Source: an uncultured delta proteobacterium
Lineage (GTDB): Bacteria; Myxococcota; Myxococcia; Myxococcales; Myxococcaceae
Length of the DNA: 64,000 nucleotides
Direction of reading: 5' to 3'
Assembly: GCA_963776345.1 (NCBI GenBank)
Contig: CAVZMH010000016.1
Coordinates: 192,001-256,000, forward strand
Shown here: in pieces, positions 1-10,011 of the stretch
Layout: each line of letters begins with the position of its first letter
How positions within the stretch are numbered: the first letter of the stretch is position 1
Notes under the pieces: generated by a model
What the model was told of the DNA's origin: nothing
The model's database searches: none
What the model saw: only the letters and a program-made list of their open reading frames with translations
Program-made: the position numbers and the translations under genes

Positions 1-733
1 TGTAGACCGCCATTGGCACCAGGCTCACGCAGGCGAAGAGGAACACCGCGGTCAGCCCCACCAGGAGGATGTGGAGGGCGATCTCGTTGGGCGTCCGTTG
101 CCGGGCGGCGCCCTCGACCAGGGCGATCATCCGGTCGAGGAAGGACTCGCCGGGGTTGGCGGTGATCCGGACCACGATCCGGTCGGAGAGCACCCGCGTG
201 CCCCCAGTCACCGCGCTCCGGTCGCCCCCGCTCTCGCGGATGACCGGGGCCGACTCGCCAGTGATCGCGCTCTCGTCCACCGAGGCGATGCCCTCGATCA
301 CCTCGCCGTCGCCGGGGATGTACTGCCCGGCCTCGACCACCACCGTATCTCCCTTGCGCAGGGAGGAGGCGGCGACCTTCTCCTCGCGCCCGTTCACCAG
401 CTTCCGGGCCTCGACCTCCTTGCGCATCTTGCGGAGCGAGGCGGCCTGGGCCTTGCCCCGTCCCTCGGCGACCGCCTCGGCGAAGTTGGCGAAGAGGACC
501 GTGAACCAGAGCCAGAGCGACACCAGTCCGGTGAACCACAGCGGCGCGGAGGGGTGCGCGAAGCCGATGTCCCGGATGAACTGGATCGTGGTGAGCACCG
601 CGCCCACCTCGACCACGAACATCACCGGGTTCCGGATCACCTCGCGCGGAGACAGCTTGCGGAAGCTCTCCCAGATCGCCGGACGGACGATGGAGGGATC
701 GAAGAGCGACAGCTCTCGGGTCGTGGCAGCCAT
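1..733 (-). CDS. kdpB: K+-transporting ATPase subunit B (5' part; runs off the window edge)
   Basis: Manual minus-strand translation from ATG at 733: [44 protein letters not shown]..., later [18 protein letters not shown] and [12 protein letters not shown] (TGES actuator motif); directly downstream of kdpA. Confidence 0.95.
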   Translation of the reverse strand, partial: MAATTRELSLFDPSIVRPAIWESFRKLSPREVIRNPVMFVVEVGAVLTTIQFIRDIGFAHPSAPLWFTGLVSLWLWFTVLFANFAEAVAEGRGKAQAASLRKMRKEVEARKLVNGREEKVAASSLRKGDTVVVEAGQYIPGDGEVIEGIASVDESAITGESAPVIRESGGDRSAVTGGTRVLSDRIVVRITANPGESFLDRMIALVEGAARQRTPNEIALHILLVGLTAVFLFACVSLVPMAVY

Positions 734-737
734 GACG

Positions 738-2458
738 CTAGTAGACCTTTCCGGCCAGGCCGGCGAAGTGCTCGACGATGGGGCCCAGCGACAGCGCGGG
801 GAAGAAGGTCAGCGCGCCGACGATGAGGACCACCGAGACGAGGAGGAAGGTGAACAGCGGCCCATTGGTGGGGAACGTGCCCGGGCCCGGGGGACACGAC
901 CTTCTTCCCCACCATCGCCCCGGCGATGCCCAGCGCGGGGATGATCATCAGGAACCGGCCGCCGAGCATCGTCAGGCCGAGCGTGGTGTTGTACCAGGGG
1001 GTATTGGCGTTCAGGCCGGCGAAGGCCGATCCGTTGTTCCCCGCGCCGCTGCTGAAGGCGTAGAGCATCTCGCTCAGCCCGTGCGGCCCGGCGTTGTTCA
1101 GGGACGACGTCCCCCACTGCGTGACCGAGGCCCAGGCGGTGAAGCCGAGGATGATCAACGGGAAGATGAGCACGTAGAGCATCGCCAGCTTCATCTCGCG
1201 GCTCTCGATCTTCTTGCCCAGGTACTCGGGCGTGCGGCCCACCATCAGGCCGGCGATGAACACCGAGAGCACGACGAACACCAGCATCCCGTAGAGGCCG
1301 GCGCCCACCCCGCCGAAGATGACCTCTCCGAGCTGGATGTTCACCAGAGGGACCAGCCCGCCGAGCGGATTGAAGCTGTCGTGCATCGAGTTCACCGCGC
1401 CGCAGGAGGCATCGGTCGTCACGGTGGCGAAGAGCGCGGAGGCGGCGGTGCCGAAGCGCACCTCCTTGCCCTCCATGTTCCCGCACCATGGTCGAGCGCC
1501 AGCGAGGCCAGCCCTGGTTCGGCTTCGCCTCCGCCCAGTGTGCGACGAGCGTTCCACCGAGGAACATGACGCCCATCGCCGCGAGGATCGCCCACCCCTG
1601 CCGGGTGTCCCGCGCCATCCGCCCGTAGGTGTAGGTCAGCCCCGCGGGGATGGCGAAGATGAGCCAGATCTCGACAAGGTTGGTGAAGGGGCTCGGGTTC
1701 TCGAAGGGGTGGGCGCTGTTGGCGTTGAAGAAGCCGCCGCCGTTGGTGCCCAGCTCCTTGATCGCTTCCTGCGAGGCCACCGGGCCGAGCGCCACCACCT
1801 GCTTGGCACCCTCGACGGTGGTGACCTCCTGGTAGGCGGAGAAGTTCTGGATCACGCCCTGGCTCACCAGGACCAGGGCGAAGATCAAGCTCAGCGGCAG
1901 AAGCACGTAGACCGTGCAGCGGATCAGGTCCGCCCAGAAGTTGCCCAGGGTCCGCGGCGCGCCGGGCGCCAGGCGACGGGTGAGCCCACGGGCCAGCGCG
2001 ATGGCGATCGCGATCCCCGCCGCAGCGGAGGTGAAGTTGTGCCAGGCCAGTCCCGCCATCTGGGACAGGTAGCTCATCGTCGACTCGCCGGTGTACGCCT
2101 GCCAGTTGGTGTTGGTGGTGAAGCTGGCGGCGGTGTTGAAGGAAAGCGCCGGATCCACCGCCCCGAACTTCTGCGGGTTGAGGGGCAGCAGGTGCTGCAG
2201 GCGGAGAATGGCGTAGGTGACCAGGACGCCGAAGAGGCTGAAGATCATCACCGACCCGGCGTAGCGGACCCAGGTCTGCTCTTCCTTCGGGTCCACTCCC
2301 GAGAGGCGGAAGAGGAATCGCTCCACCGGACCGAAGACGCGCGGCAACGGCCGGCGGTCGCCCTCGAACACCCGGGCCATGTAGATCCCGAGCGGCTTGG
2401 TGGTGAGAAGGACCAGTCCGGAAAACAGGGCCAGCTGGCCCCAGGCTGCAATGGTCAC
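738..2458 (-). CDS. kdpA: K+-transporting ATPase subunit A, split by apparent frameshifts near 1480-1515 and ~885
   Basis: KdpA motifs spread over successive frames: [83 protein letters not shown] at 738-740. Confidence 0.93.
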
Positions 2459-2468
2459 GGGAATGCCC

Positions 2469-2558
2469 TCAGAAACGTTCTGCGCGCACCAGCGCGTAGA
2501 CGAGATAGACGGTCAGCAGCACCGCCACGATGCTGCCCAGGAGGTCGTCGAGGTTCAT
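2469..2558 (-). CDS. kdpF: K+-transporting ATPase subunit F (29 aa)
   Basis: [29 protein letters not shown] has the typical KdpF ending YLxYALxxxERF; directly upstream of kdpA. Confidence 0.9.
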   Translation of the reverse strand: MNLDDLLGSIVAVLLTVYLVYALVRAERF

Positions 2559-2656
2559 TGCTGACGGTTCTCCATGAGATTTTCGCAGCCCTGGATGTAC
2601 GCCAGGGTCGCGACGAAGAAGACGACGGTCACTGCGACGAAGATGAGATCGAGCAT
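2555..2656 (-). CDS. 33-aa single-TM small protein upstream of kdpF
   Basis: Manual translation [41 protein letters not shown] upstream; its TGA overlaps the kdpF ATG (ATGA). Too short for the ORF track. Confidence 0.75.
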   Translation of the reverse strand: MLDLIFVAVTVVFFVATLAYIQGCENLMENRQQ

Positions 2657-2668
2657 CGATCGGTTCTC

Positions 2669-3757
2669 CTAGAACGCGGCCACCGCACCAAGAACGATGA
2701 GGCCCTGGCTCTGGACCTTGCCCAGGCTCCCGTCCGGGAGGACGGTGGAGTTGCTGAAGACCGAGGCGGTGGAGTGATCGTAACGGCCCTCGAGCTTGAG
2801 GATCAGGATCTCCCAGGGCCGGTACTCGACGGTGAGCGTCCCCTCGGCCAGGGTCTGAGGCGTACCGCTGATCAGGCCCTGCGCGTCCCGGTAGTACTCG
2901 ACGCGGAGAGCGGCGGCCCACTTCGGGGAGAGCTGCTGGCGAAGGTAGAGCCCTGCACCGTGCCAGTAGGCAGCATCCGTGGCCGGCCGCTGCTGCATGC
3001 CGGCATCCAGGCTCAGGCCGAGCTTGGTCGACGCGGTCACGTCGAGCAGCCAGACGAGATTGCCGTAGTAGCGCCAGTCACCGTTGTCGTTGTCCAGCTC
3101 GGGACCGATGAAGGTGTTGAAGGTCAAGGTGCTCGGGCCGGCCTTCCAGGCGACCTGGGTTCCGATGGCCTTCCCGTTGTTGTTGTCGCCGATGCGCTGC
3201 CAGCCGTTGAGGAGATGCAGCTGCACCGACCAGGCGTCGTCGAACGCGTACGAGAACTTGATGCCCGTCTGGTAGTACGGCGAGAACTCACCGAGCCAGG
3301 AGCGGGTGTAGTTCCAGTTGCCCTGGCTCGCGAGGCCCTCCATCCCGATGTGGCTGGGATAGATGCCGCCTTCGATCACCAGCCCGCGGCCCACCGGGAC
3401 CTTCGCCGACACCGAGGCCTGCTGCACGTACTGCCAGACGTCGGGACCGGCCGCGGGGCCCACGAGCTCGCCGGAGTGCACCACGTTCGCGCCCGTGCCG
3501 GCCGCGATCCAGAGGTGGAAGCCGACGGGCTCGGGGTCCTTCACCAGCTCGATGGAGGCGAGGTTGAGGGACGCCTCGTCGGCGCGCTTGGCCGTGGTGC
3601 CCGTGCCGGGGATGAAGTTGGCGTGGTCCGCGGGCGCGTTGAAGTTGGCGTCGGCGTAGACGTCGACCGCGCCGTGGATCTGAATCCCCCCCGGGAGGTC
3701 TGCCCCGATGGCGGGCAGCGCGGTGACGAAGAGCATGGTGAAGAGGACGGCTCGCAT
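2669..3757 (-). CDS. Outer-membrane beta-barrel porin (putative beta-barrel porin-2/OmpL-like), first gene of the kdp unit
   Basis: Signal peptide MRAVLFTMLFVTALPAIGA; motifs SHIGME..NWNYTRS..SPYYQTG and LLNGWQ..DNN; amphipathic strands; C-terminal F. Confidence 0.8.
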   Translation of the reverse strand: MRAVLFTMLFVTALPAIGADLPGGIQIHGAVDVYADANFNAPADHANFIPGTGTTAKRADEASLNLASIELVKDPEPVGFHLWIAAGTGANVVHSGELVGPAAGPDVWQYVQQASVSAKVPVGRGLVIEGGIYPSHIGMEGLASQGNWNYTRSWLGEFSPYYQTGIKFSYAFDDAWSVQLHLLNGWQRIGDNNNGKAIGTQVAWKAGPSTLTFNTFIGPELDNDNGDWRYYGNLVWLLDVTASTKLGLSLDAGMQQRPATDAAYWHGAGLYLRQQLSPKWAAALRVEYYRDAQGLISGTPQTLAEGTLTVEYRPWEILILKLEGRYDHSTASVFSNSTVLPDGSLGKVQSQGLIVLGAVAAF

Positions 3758-3774
3758 GATGGCTGCCCCGGATG

Positions 3775-3790
3775 AGCAGGAACCGGGCCA
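3775..3790 (-). promoter_or_regulatory. Putative sigma54 -24/-12 promoter of the porin-kdp operon
   Basis: Minus strand TGGCCCGGTTCCTGCT fits GG-N10-GC spacing; it would give a very short 5' UTR. Confidence 0.5.
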
Positions 3791-3863
3791 GCCGCTCTCC
3801 CCGGCCGGGACACCGGCATCCGGCGGCGCGGGCCTGCATTCCGCAAGACTGGCGAACGGCCAC

Positions 3864-3878
3864 CGTGCAGGTTGCACG
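3864..3878. promoter_or_regulatory. Inverted repeat CGTGCA-N3-TGCACG, candidate activator (bEBP) site
   Basis: Perfect 6-bp arms lying between two divergent sigma54-like promoters. Confidence 0.4.
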
Positions 3879-3919
3879 TTCTTCCCCCGTGCACCGTGCC
3901 GGTCATGCCAGGACGGGGC

Positions 3920-3934
3920 TGGCACGCATCCTGC
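3920..3934 (+). promoter_or_regulatory. Putative sigma54 -24/-12 promoter of the 4017 ORF
   Basis: TGGCACGCATCCTGC closely matches the TGGCAC-N5-TTGC consensus with GG-N10-GC spacing. Confidence 0.6.
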
Positions 3935-4016
3935 CCTTGGCGATTGATCGATGCGCAGCGGCCCCGGCAGCTCTTCCGTCTTCACTGAACACCGACGGCA
4001 GGAATCCTTGCCGTGG

Positions 4017-4289
4017 GTGACCCGGCTTCTCCTGATCGTGGCCTTGGCGCTCGCGGTGGCGGTGTGGGGCTGGCTACGGAACGCGGACTCGCGCGCGCTG
4101 GCGAGCATGGACCCGGATCTCCGGCGCGAGCTCTACGTCCGGAGCCGGGCCGAGGCGGATGTGCTCTGCGCCCGGCCCGAGCTGGCGGACGAGTGCCGCA
4201 CCCGGGTCGAGTTCCTCGCGCGCTTCCCCGAGTGCGATGCGAGCTGCCGCGAGCTGGTGGCGCGTCAGCTCCGACAGCCGACGCGCTGA
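4017..4289 (+). CDS. Small membrane-anchored protein with four Cys (hypothetical)
   Basis: GTG start; N-terminal TM LLLIVALALAVAVWGW; periplasmic part C..C..PECDASC; GC-rich third codon positions. Confidence 0.65.
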   Translation: MTRLLLIVALALAVAVWGWLRNADSRALASMDPDLRRELYVRSRAEADVLCARPELADECRTRVEFLARFPECDASCRELVARQLRQPTR

Positions 4290-4302
4290 CGCGGACCGCC
4301 CG

Positions 4303-5433
4303 TCATCCCTTGCGCGTCAGCACAAGCCCCACACCATCGCGACTTCGGTCCGGGCGCGGACCAACGTACCGCGACTCGGGACGGATGAGCCGCCCCGTCC
4401 GGCGCTGCTCGTCCACGTGGGCGAGCCAGCCGACCACCCGTCCGCAGGTGAACAGCGGGCTGAAGGCCTCGCGTGGAAGCCCGAGCGCGTCGAGCAGGAC
4501 CGCGGTGTAGAACTCCACGTTCGCCCGCAGCGGGCGGTCCGGATGCCTCCGCCGGAGCACCTCCTCGGCGGCGTGCTCCACCGCCCGGGCGAGCTCCAGC
4601 CGCGGGGTCCGGTGGCCGTCGCTCTCCAGGCGCTCCACGGCCTTCTCCAGCACCGCCGCCCGCGGATCCCGCGTCCGGTAGATGCGATGCCCCATCCCCA
4701 TGATCCGGCGCCCGGCGAGGAGCTCCCGCTCCAGCCAGCCGGCGGCGGCCTCGGGCCGTCCGATGGCGTCGAGCATGTCCAGCACCGGGCCGGGCGCCCC
4801 CCCATGGAGCGGCCCCTTCAGCGCACCGAGCGCGCCCACCACCGCCGAGACCGCGTCCGAGCCCGTGGAGGCGATGACCCGGGCGGTGAAGGTCGAGGCG
4901 TTCATCCCGTGGTCGCTGACCGTGACCAGGTACGCCTCGAGTCCCGCCGCCCGCGGGGCCGTCGCCTTGCCGCGGAGCATCGCCACCAGATCCTCGGCGT
5001 GGCCCGCCTCGGCCTCGGGACGGAGCGGGGCCAGGCCCTCGCGCAGCCGCCACCAGGCGGAGGTGAAGACGGCGGTCGCGGCCGTGAGGCGGACGCCGAG
5101 GTCCCACGCTCCGCCCTCGGCGGGCAGCTGCGCCAGCGCGCCCCGGAGCGCGTCCATCCCGTCCCGGGCGTGGAGCGCACGTCCCAGCCCCTCCAGCTGC
5201 TCGAAGGCCCACATCCGCTCCCGCCCCAGCGCGCGCTGCAGCTCCGAGGCCGAGGTTGCTCCGGGGACGACGGCCCAGAGGTCCACGCACAGCTGCTCGA
5301 AGGAGCAGCGCCCGGCGATGGCCTCGACGTCGTGGCCGGCGATGACCAGCCGCCCACGCTCCCCGTCCACCTCGGAGAGCGCGGTGTCGGCGACCACCAC
5401 CCCCTCCAGCCCAGACGTCCCCGACTCCGCCAT
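4303..5433 (-). CDS. Citrate synthase family protein (type II/CitA-like, NVEF variant)
   Basis: GLEGVVVADTALS, DHGMNASTFTAR, GPLHGGA, MGMGHRIY..DPR, NVEFY, RLIRP; GGAGG RBS before ATG 5433. Confidence 0.92.
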   Translation of the reverse strand: MAESGTSGLEGVVVADTALSEVDGERGRLVIAGHDVEAIAGRCSFEQLCVDLWAVVPGATSASELQRALGRERMWAFEQLEGLGRALHARDGMDALRGALAQLPAEGGAWDLGVRLTAATAVFTSAWWRLREGLAPLRPEAEAGHAEDLVAMLRGKATAPRAAGLEAYLVTVSDHGMNASTFTARVIASTGSDAVSAVVGALGALKGPLHGGAPGPVLDMLDAIGRPEAAAGWLERELLAGRRIMGMGHRIYRTRDPRAAVLEKAVERLESDGHRTPRLELARAVEHAAEEVLRRRHPDRPLRANVEFYTAVLLDALGLPREAFSPLFTCGRVVGWLAHVDEQRRTGRLIRPESRYVGPRPDRSRDGVGLVLTRKG

Positions 5434-5472
5434 GTGCACCTCCGGTCGAACCTGTCCTAGCGTGGGGCTCAC

Positions 5473-5499
5473 ATGGATCCATCTGGATTCGACAATCCA
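5473..5499. promoter_or_regulatory. Palindromic operator-like elements between the divergent citrate synthase genes
   Basis: ATGGATCCAT (5473-5482) and TGGATT-N4-AATCCA (5484-5499), AT-rich in a GC-rich context. Confidence 0.45.
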
Positions 5500-6828
5500 C
5501 ATGAGGGTCTGGTGGATGCCGGCGCGGCCGCCCGGATCCTCGGGGTGAAGGTGGCCACGCTCTACTCGTACGTCAGCCGGGGCTGGGTCCGGGCGTTCCC
5601 CTCCGGACGGCATCGCGAGAAGCGCTACCACCGCCCCGACCTCGATCGGCTCCGGCACCGGGCCGACGCCCGCCTCGGTCACGAGGCGGTGGCGGCCGGC
5701 GCCCTCCGCTGGGGCGAGCCGGTGCTCAGCTCGGCGCTGACCGAGATCCGCTCGGACGGCCCGTGGTACCGGGGGCATCCCGCGGTGGAGCTCGCCCGGA
5801 CGGTACGATTCGAGGCGGTGGCCGAGCTCCTCTGGACGGGCGTGCTGCCCGTGGCGCCGCCCGGCTGGCCGCGCCCGCAGGTCCTCCCGGGGCGCCTCCA
5901 CGCTGCACCGGCGAACCCCATCGACGCGCTCCTGGTCGGGCTCTCGGTCGCGCGTCTCGCGCGGCGCCGGACGGCCGAGAGGGCCGCCGCTGCAGTCGCG
6001 ACCCGCTCGACGCGCCTGCCGCCCCGGAGGCGGAAGGTCGGGAGCGCCGGACCGCGCGGGTGGCCGCCGCCCGGCGAGGGCGCCGGGGCCGGAGTCCGGG
6101 CCAGCGAACCCGGCGCGGCCGAGCTGGTCTGGACGCTGGTGGGCCTGGTCGCCGCAGCCTCGGGCAGACGCCCCGCCGACGCCCTCGCCGCCCCCGACCT
6201 CGCCTCCGGCGTGCAGCGCGCCCTCGGGGCGCGGACGCGCGGGGTGGCCCTGATCGAGCCGACGCTCGTCCTCTGCGCCGACCACGAGCTCAACGCCTCC
6301 TCGTTCGCCGCCCGGGTCGCCGCGTCCACCGGCGCCGACCTCGAGGCCTGCATCCTCGCCGCCCTGGCCACCTTCAGCGGGCCGCGCCACGGCGCGGAGA
6401 GCATGCGGGTCCAGGCGCTGGTGGAGGAGGCGGCGCGCCCGGACCGCGCCAGGGCCGCCCTGCTCGCCCGGGTCCGCCGTGGAGAGGCGCTGCCCGGCTT
6501 CGGCCACCGGCTCTATGTCTCGGGCGATCCCCGAGGCGCCCTCCTGGTCTCGCTCGCCTCCGGCGAGGCCCGCCGCTCGCGCCCGCTCGCCACGCTGCTG
6601 GCGCTGGTGGCCGAGGCGGCGCGGCTCGACCTCGGCGCCCCCAATGTGGACGTGGGGCTCCTGGCCATCGCGCACGCCTTGCGCCTTCCGCCGTGGTCGG
6701 GGCAGCTGCTGTTCTGCATCGGGCGGAGCGCGGGATGGATCGCCCATGTCGCCGAGCAGCGGAGCTCGGGCGAGCTCCTCCGTCCCCGGGCGCGCTACGT
6801 CGGGCCGCGCGCGCCCGGAGCGCGGTGA
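5473..6828 (+). CDS. HTH (MerR/excisionase-like) - citrate synthase-like fusion, probable regulator; start may be GTG 5512
   Basis: N-terminal AAARILGVKVATLYSYVSRG HTH; C-terminal DHELNASSFAAR, GPRHG, GFGHRLY..GDPR, NVD, LLRPRARYVG. Confidence 0.88.
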   Translation: MDPSGFDNPHEGLVDAGAAARILGVKVATLYSYVSRGWVRAFPSGRHREKRYHRPDLDRLRHRADARLGHEAVAAGALRWGEPVLSSALTEIRSDGPWYRGHPAVELARTVRFEAVAELLWTGVLPVAPPGWPRPQVLPGRLHAAPANPIDALLVGLSVARLARRRTAERAAAAVATRSTRLPPRRRKVGSAGPRGWPPPGEGAGAGVRASEPGAAELVWTLVGLVAAASGRRPADALAAPDLASGVQRALGARTRGVALIEPTLVLCADHELNASSFAARVAASTGADLEACILAALATFSGPRHGAESMRVQALVEEAARPDRARAALLARVRRGEALPGFGHRLYVSGDPRGALLVSLASGEARRSRPLATLLALVAEAARLDLGAPNVDVGLLAIAHALRLPPWSGQLLFCIGRSAGWIAHVAEQRSSGELLRPRARYVGPRAPGAR

Positions 6829-6844
6829 TAGGGTCCGGCGCGAC

Positions 6845-7666
6845 ATGCGCACCCTCCAGGGAAAGACGCTCTTCATCACCGGCGCGAGCCGCGGCATCGG
6901 TCTGGCCATCGCCCTCCGGGCCGCCCGTGACGGCGCCAACGTCGCCATCGCCGCCAAGACCACCGAGCCGCATCCCAAGCTACCGGGCACCCTGTACACG
7001 GCGGCCGAGGAGATCGAGAAGGCCGGGGGGCGCGCGCTCCCCTGCGTGGTGGACATCCGCTTCGAGGATCAGGTGGTCGCGGCGGTGGCGAAGACGGTGC
7101 AGACCTTCGGGGGCATCGACATCCTGGTGAACAACGCCAGCGCCATCCACCTCTCGGGGACGGTTCAGACCCCGATGAAGAAGTGGGACCTGATGCACGG
7201 GATCAACGTCCGGGGCACCTTCCTCTGCTCCCAGGCCTGCATCCCGCACCTCCTGAAGTCGAAGAACCCGCACATCCTCAACAACTCGCCGCCGCTCAGC
7301 CTCGACGCGCGCTGGTTCGCGCCCCACGTCGCCTACTCGCTGGCCAAGTTCGGGATGAGCTTCTGCGCCCTGGCTATGGCCGAGGAGTTCCGGGACGAGG
7401 GCATCGCGGTCAACACCCTCTGGCCGAAGACGGTCATCGCCACCGCCGCGGTCCAGAACCTCCTCGGCGGCGACGACACGGTCCGGGGCAGCCGGAAGCC
7501 GGAGATCATGGCCGACGCGGCGCACGCCATCCTCACCAGGCCGAGCCGCGAGTTCACCGGCAACTTCTGCGTGGACGAGGACGTGCTCCGGGGCGAGGGA
7601 GTGACCGACTTCTCCCGGTACGCCACCGACCCCGGTGCCGAGCTGATCCCCGACTTCTTCCTGTAG
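6845..7666 (+). CDS. Short-chain dehydrogenase (HSDL2-like)
   Basis: TGASRGIG, AAKTTEPHPKLPGT, NNAS, YxxxK (YSLAK), ends PDFFL. Confidence 0.92.
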   Translation: MRTLQGKTLFITGASRGIGLAIALRAARDGANVAIAAKTTEPHPKLPGTLYTAAEEIEKAGGRALPCVVDIRFEDQVVAAVAKTVQTFGGIDILVNNASAIHLSGTVQTPMKKWDLMHGINVRGTFLCSQACIPHLLKSKNPHILNNSPPLSLDARWFAPHVAYSLAKFGMSFCALAMAEEFRDEGIAVNTLWPKTVIATAAVQNLLGGDDTVRGSRKPEIMADAAHAILTRPSREFTGNFCVDEDVLRGEGVTDFSRYATDPGAELIPDFFL

Positions 7667-7677
7667 GGGGCGTCACC

Positions 7678-8892
7678 ATGGACTTCAGCATCCCGTCCCG
7701 CGTCGCCGAGCTCCTCCCCTCCATCCGGACCTTCGTCACCGAGCGGATCCAGCCGCTGGAGCGGCGAATGTCCGACGGCTGGGCGGCGCTCGAGCCCGAG
7801 CTGGAGCGCGTGCGCCGCGAGGTGAAGGAGCGCGGCTGGTGGGCGCCGCACTTCCACCGGGAGCACGGGGGGATGGGGCTCTCCCTCATGGAGTTCGCCT
7901 TCGTCAGCGAGGAGCTGGGGCGGACGCCGCTCGGCCACTACAGCTTCCATTGCCAGGCGCCGGACGTGGGGAACATGGAGATCCTCGCCGAGTTCGGCAC
8001 CCCGGAGCAGAAGCGCGCGTGGCTCGAGCCACTCGCCGCCGGACGCATCCGCAGCTGCTTCTCGATGACCGAGCCCGAGATGCCCGGGTCCAACCCTGCC
8101 TGGATGGGGACCCGGGGCCGGCTCGAGGACGACCGCTGGATCATCGACGGGCGGAAGTGGTTCACCACCGCCGCCGAGGGCGCGGCGTTCGCCATCGTCA
8201 TGGCGGTGACCGACCCGGAGCAGCCCAACGTCTACACCCGGGCGAGCCAGATCATCGTCCCGATGGACACGCCCGGGGTGCGCCTGGTCCGCAACATCTC
8301 GGTGATGGGCGAGGCGGGCGGTGGCTGGGCCTCCCACGGGGAGATCTCGTACGAGAACGTCCGCGTCCCGGCGGTCAACCTGCTCGGCGAGCGCGGCGCC
8401 GGGTTCGTCATCGCCCAGGCCCGGCTCGGTCCGGGGCGCATTCACCACTGCATGCGGTGGATCGGCATCTGCCAGCGCGCGTTCGAGCTGCTCTGCGACC
8501 GGGCGGTGTCCCGCGAGCTGTCCCCCGGCCGACCGCTGGGGCTCAAGGGCACCATCCAGCAGTGGATCGCCGAGAGCCGGGCGGAGATCGACGCCGCACG
8601 CCTCCTCGTGCTGCACGCCGCCTGGCGCATTGACGGGGATGGGGCCTACGCCGCGCGCGACGACATCTCGATGATCAAGTTCGTGGTCGCGAACACTCTC
8701 TTCCGGGTGCTCGACCGCGCCATCCAGGCCCACGGCGCGCTCGGCATCACCGACGACACCCCGCTGGCCTGGTGGTTCCGGCACGAGCGCGGCGCGCGCA
8801 TCTACGACGGCCCGGACGAGGTCCACCAGGCGTCGGTGGCGCGCCACATCCTCCGCGCGCGCGGGCTCCCGGACCGGCGCGGCGGGGCCTGA
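7678..8892 (+). CDS. Acyl-CoA dehydrogenase (ACAD10/11-like)
   Basis: CQAPDVGNME, SCFSMTEP, GRKWFTT, AQARLGPGRIHHCMR, RIYDGPDEVH. Confidence 0.92.
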   Translation: MDFSIPSRVAELLPSIRTFVTERIQPLERRMSDGWAALEPELERVRREVKERGWWAPHFHREHGGMGLSLMEFAFVSEELGRTPLGHYSFHCQAPDVGNMEILAEFGTPEQKRAWLEPLAAGRIRSCFSMTEPEMPGSNPAWMGTRGRLEDDRWIIDGRKWFTTAAEGAAFAIVMAVTDPEQPNVYTRASQIIVPMDTPGVRLVRNISVMGEAGGGWASHGEISYENVRVPAVNLLGERGAGFVIAQARLGPGRIHHCMRWIGICQRAFELLCDRAVSRELSPGRPLGLKGTIQQWIAESRAEIDAARLLVLHAAWRIDGDGAYAARDDISMIKFVVANTLFRVLDRAIQAHGALGITDDTPLAWWFRHERGARIYDGPDEVHQASVARHILRARGLPDRRGGA

Positions 8893-8893
8893 G

Positions 8894-9983
8894 GTGTCCA
8901 CGCTGGACCCCACCCGCCCGGCGCGGGCCGGCGAGGAGCTGGACCCCCAGGCGCTCCGCCGCGTCCTTGACCGACACGCCCCCGAGCTGAAGGGGCCGGT
9001 GCTGGTGGAGCAGTTCCCCAAGGGCCACTCGAACCTCACCTACCTCTTGAGGGTGGGCGGCACCGAGCTCGTGCTCCGCCGGCCCCCGAAGGGTGCCAAG
9101 CAGATCAAGGCCGGGCACGACATGCGCCGCGAGTACACGGTGCTGAGCAGGCTCCGGACCGTCTGGCCGAAGGTGCCGCGCACCCTCTTCTTCGTGCCCG
9201 AGGAGGAGTCTCCGTTCGACGCCCAGTTCTACGTGATGGAGCGCGTCCAGGGGCTCATCCTCCGGGGGACGAAGCTCCCGCCGGGGGTCGCGCTCGACGC
9301 GGCCGGGATGCGCGCCGTGTCCGAGACCGTGGTGGACACGCTGGTGGAGCTACACGCGGTGGACCCGGCGGCAGCCGGGCTGGACGAGTTCGGACGTCCC
9401 CAGGGCTACGTCCAGCGGCAGGTCGCCGGGTGGACCGAGCGCTACGCCCGCGCGCGGACCGACGACGTGCCGGACATGGAGCGGCTCGCGGGGTGGCTCG
9501 CGGCGCACCTCCCGCCGGACCGTCCGGGGACGATCATCCACAACGACTTCAAGTACGACAACGTGGTGCTCGACCCGGCGCGGCCCACGGACGGTCCGGG
9601 CGGTGCTCGACTGGGAGATGTCCACGCTCGGCGATCCGCTGTCGGATCTGGGGATGACGCTGGCGTACTGGTTCGAGCCCGGCGAGGCGGAGAGGGTCGG
9701 CCCGGCGGCGTTCGGGCCGACCGCGCTCCCGGGGAACCTCACCCGTGCGGAGATCGTCCAGCGCTACGCCGCTCGCAGCGGCCGCGCGGTGGACGACGTG
9801 GTGTTCTATTACGTGCTCGGGCTGTTCAAGGTCGCGGTCATCGCCCAGCAGATCTACTTCCGCTACCGGCAGGGCCTGACCCAGGACGAGCGCTTCGCCG
9901 GGCTCGGCGTCGCCGTGGCGCTGCTGGCGCAGGTCGCGGTCCGGGCGGTGGACCGCAACCGGATCAGCGAGCTCCTCGACTGA
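8894..9983 (+). CDS. APH-family phosphotransferase (ACAD10/11 kinase-like); frameshift near 9590
   Basis: [27 protein letters not shown], continuing in the next frame as [16 protein letters not shown]. Confidence 0.88.
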
Positions 9984-10011
9984 GCGGGGAGGCTGAATCT
10001 GGCGCCCCGCC

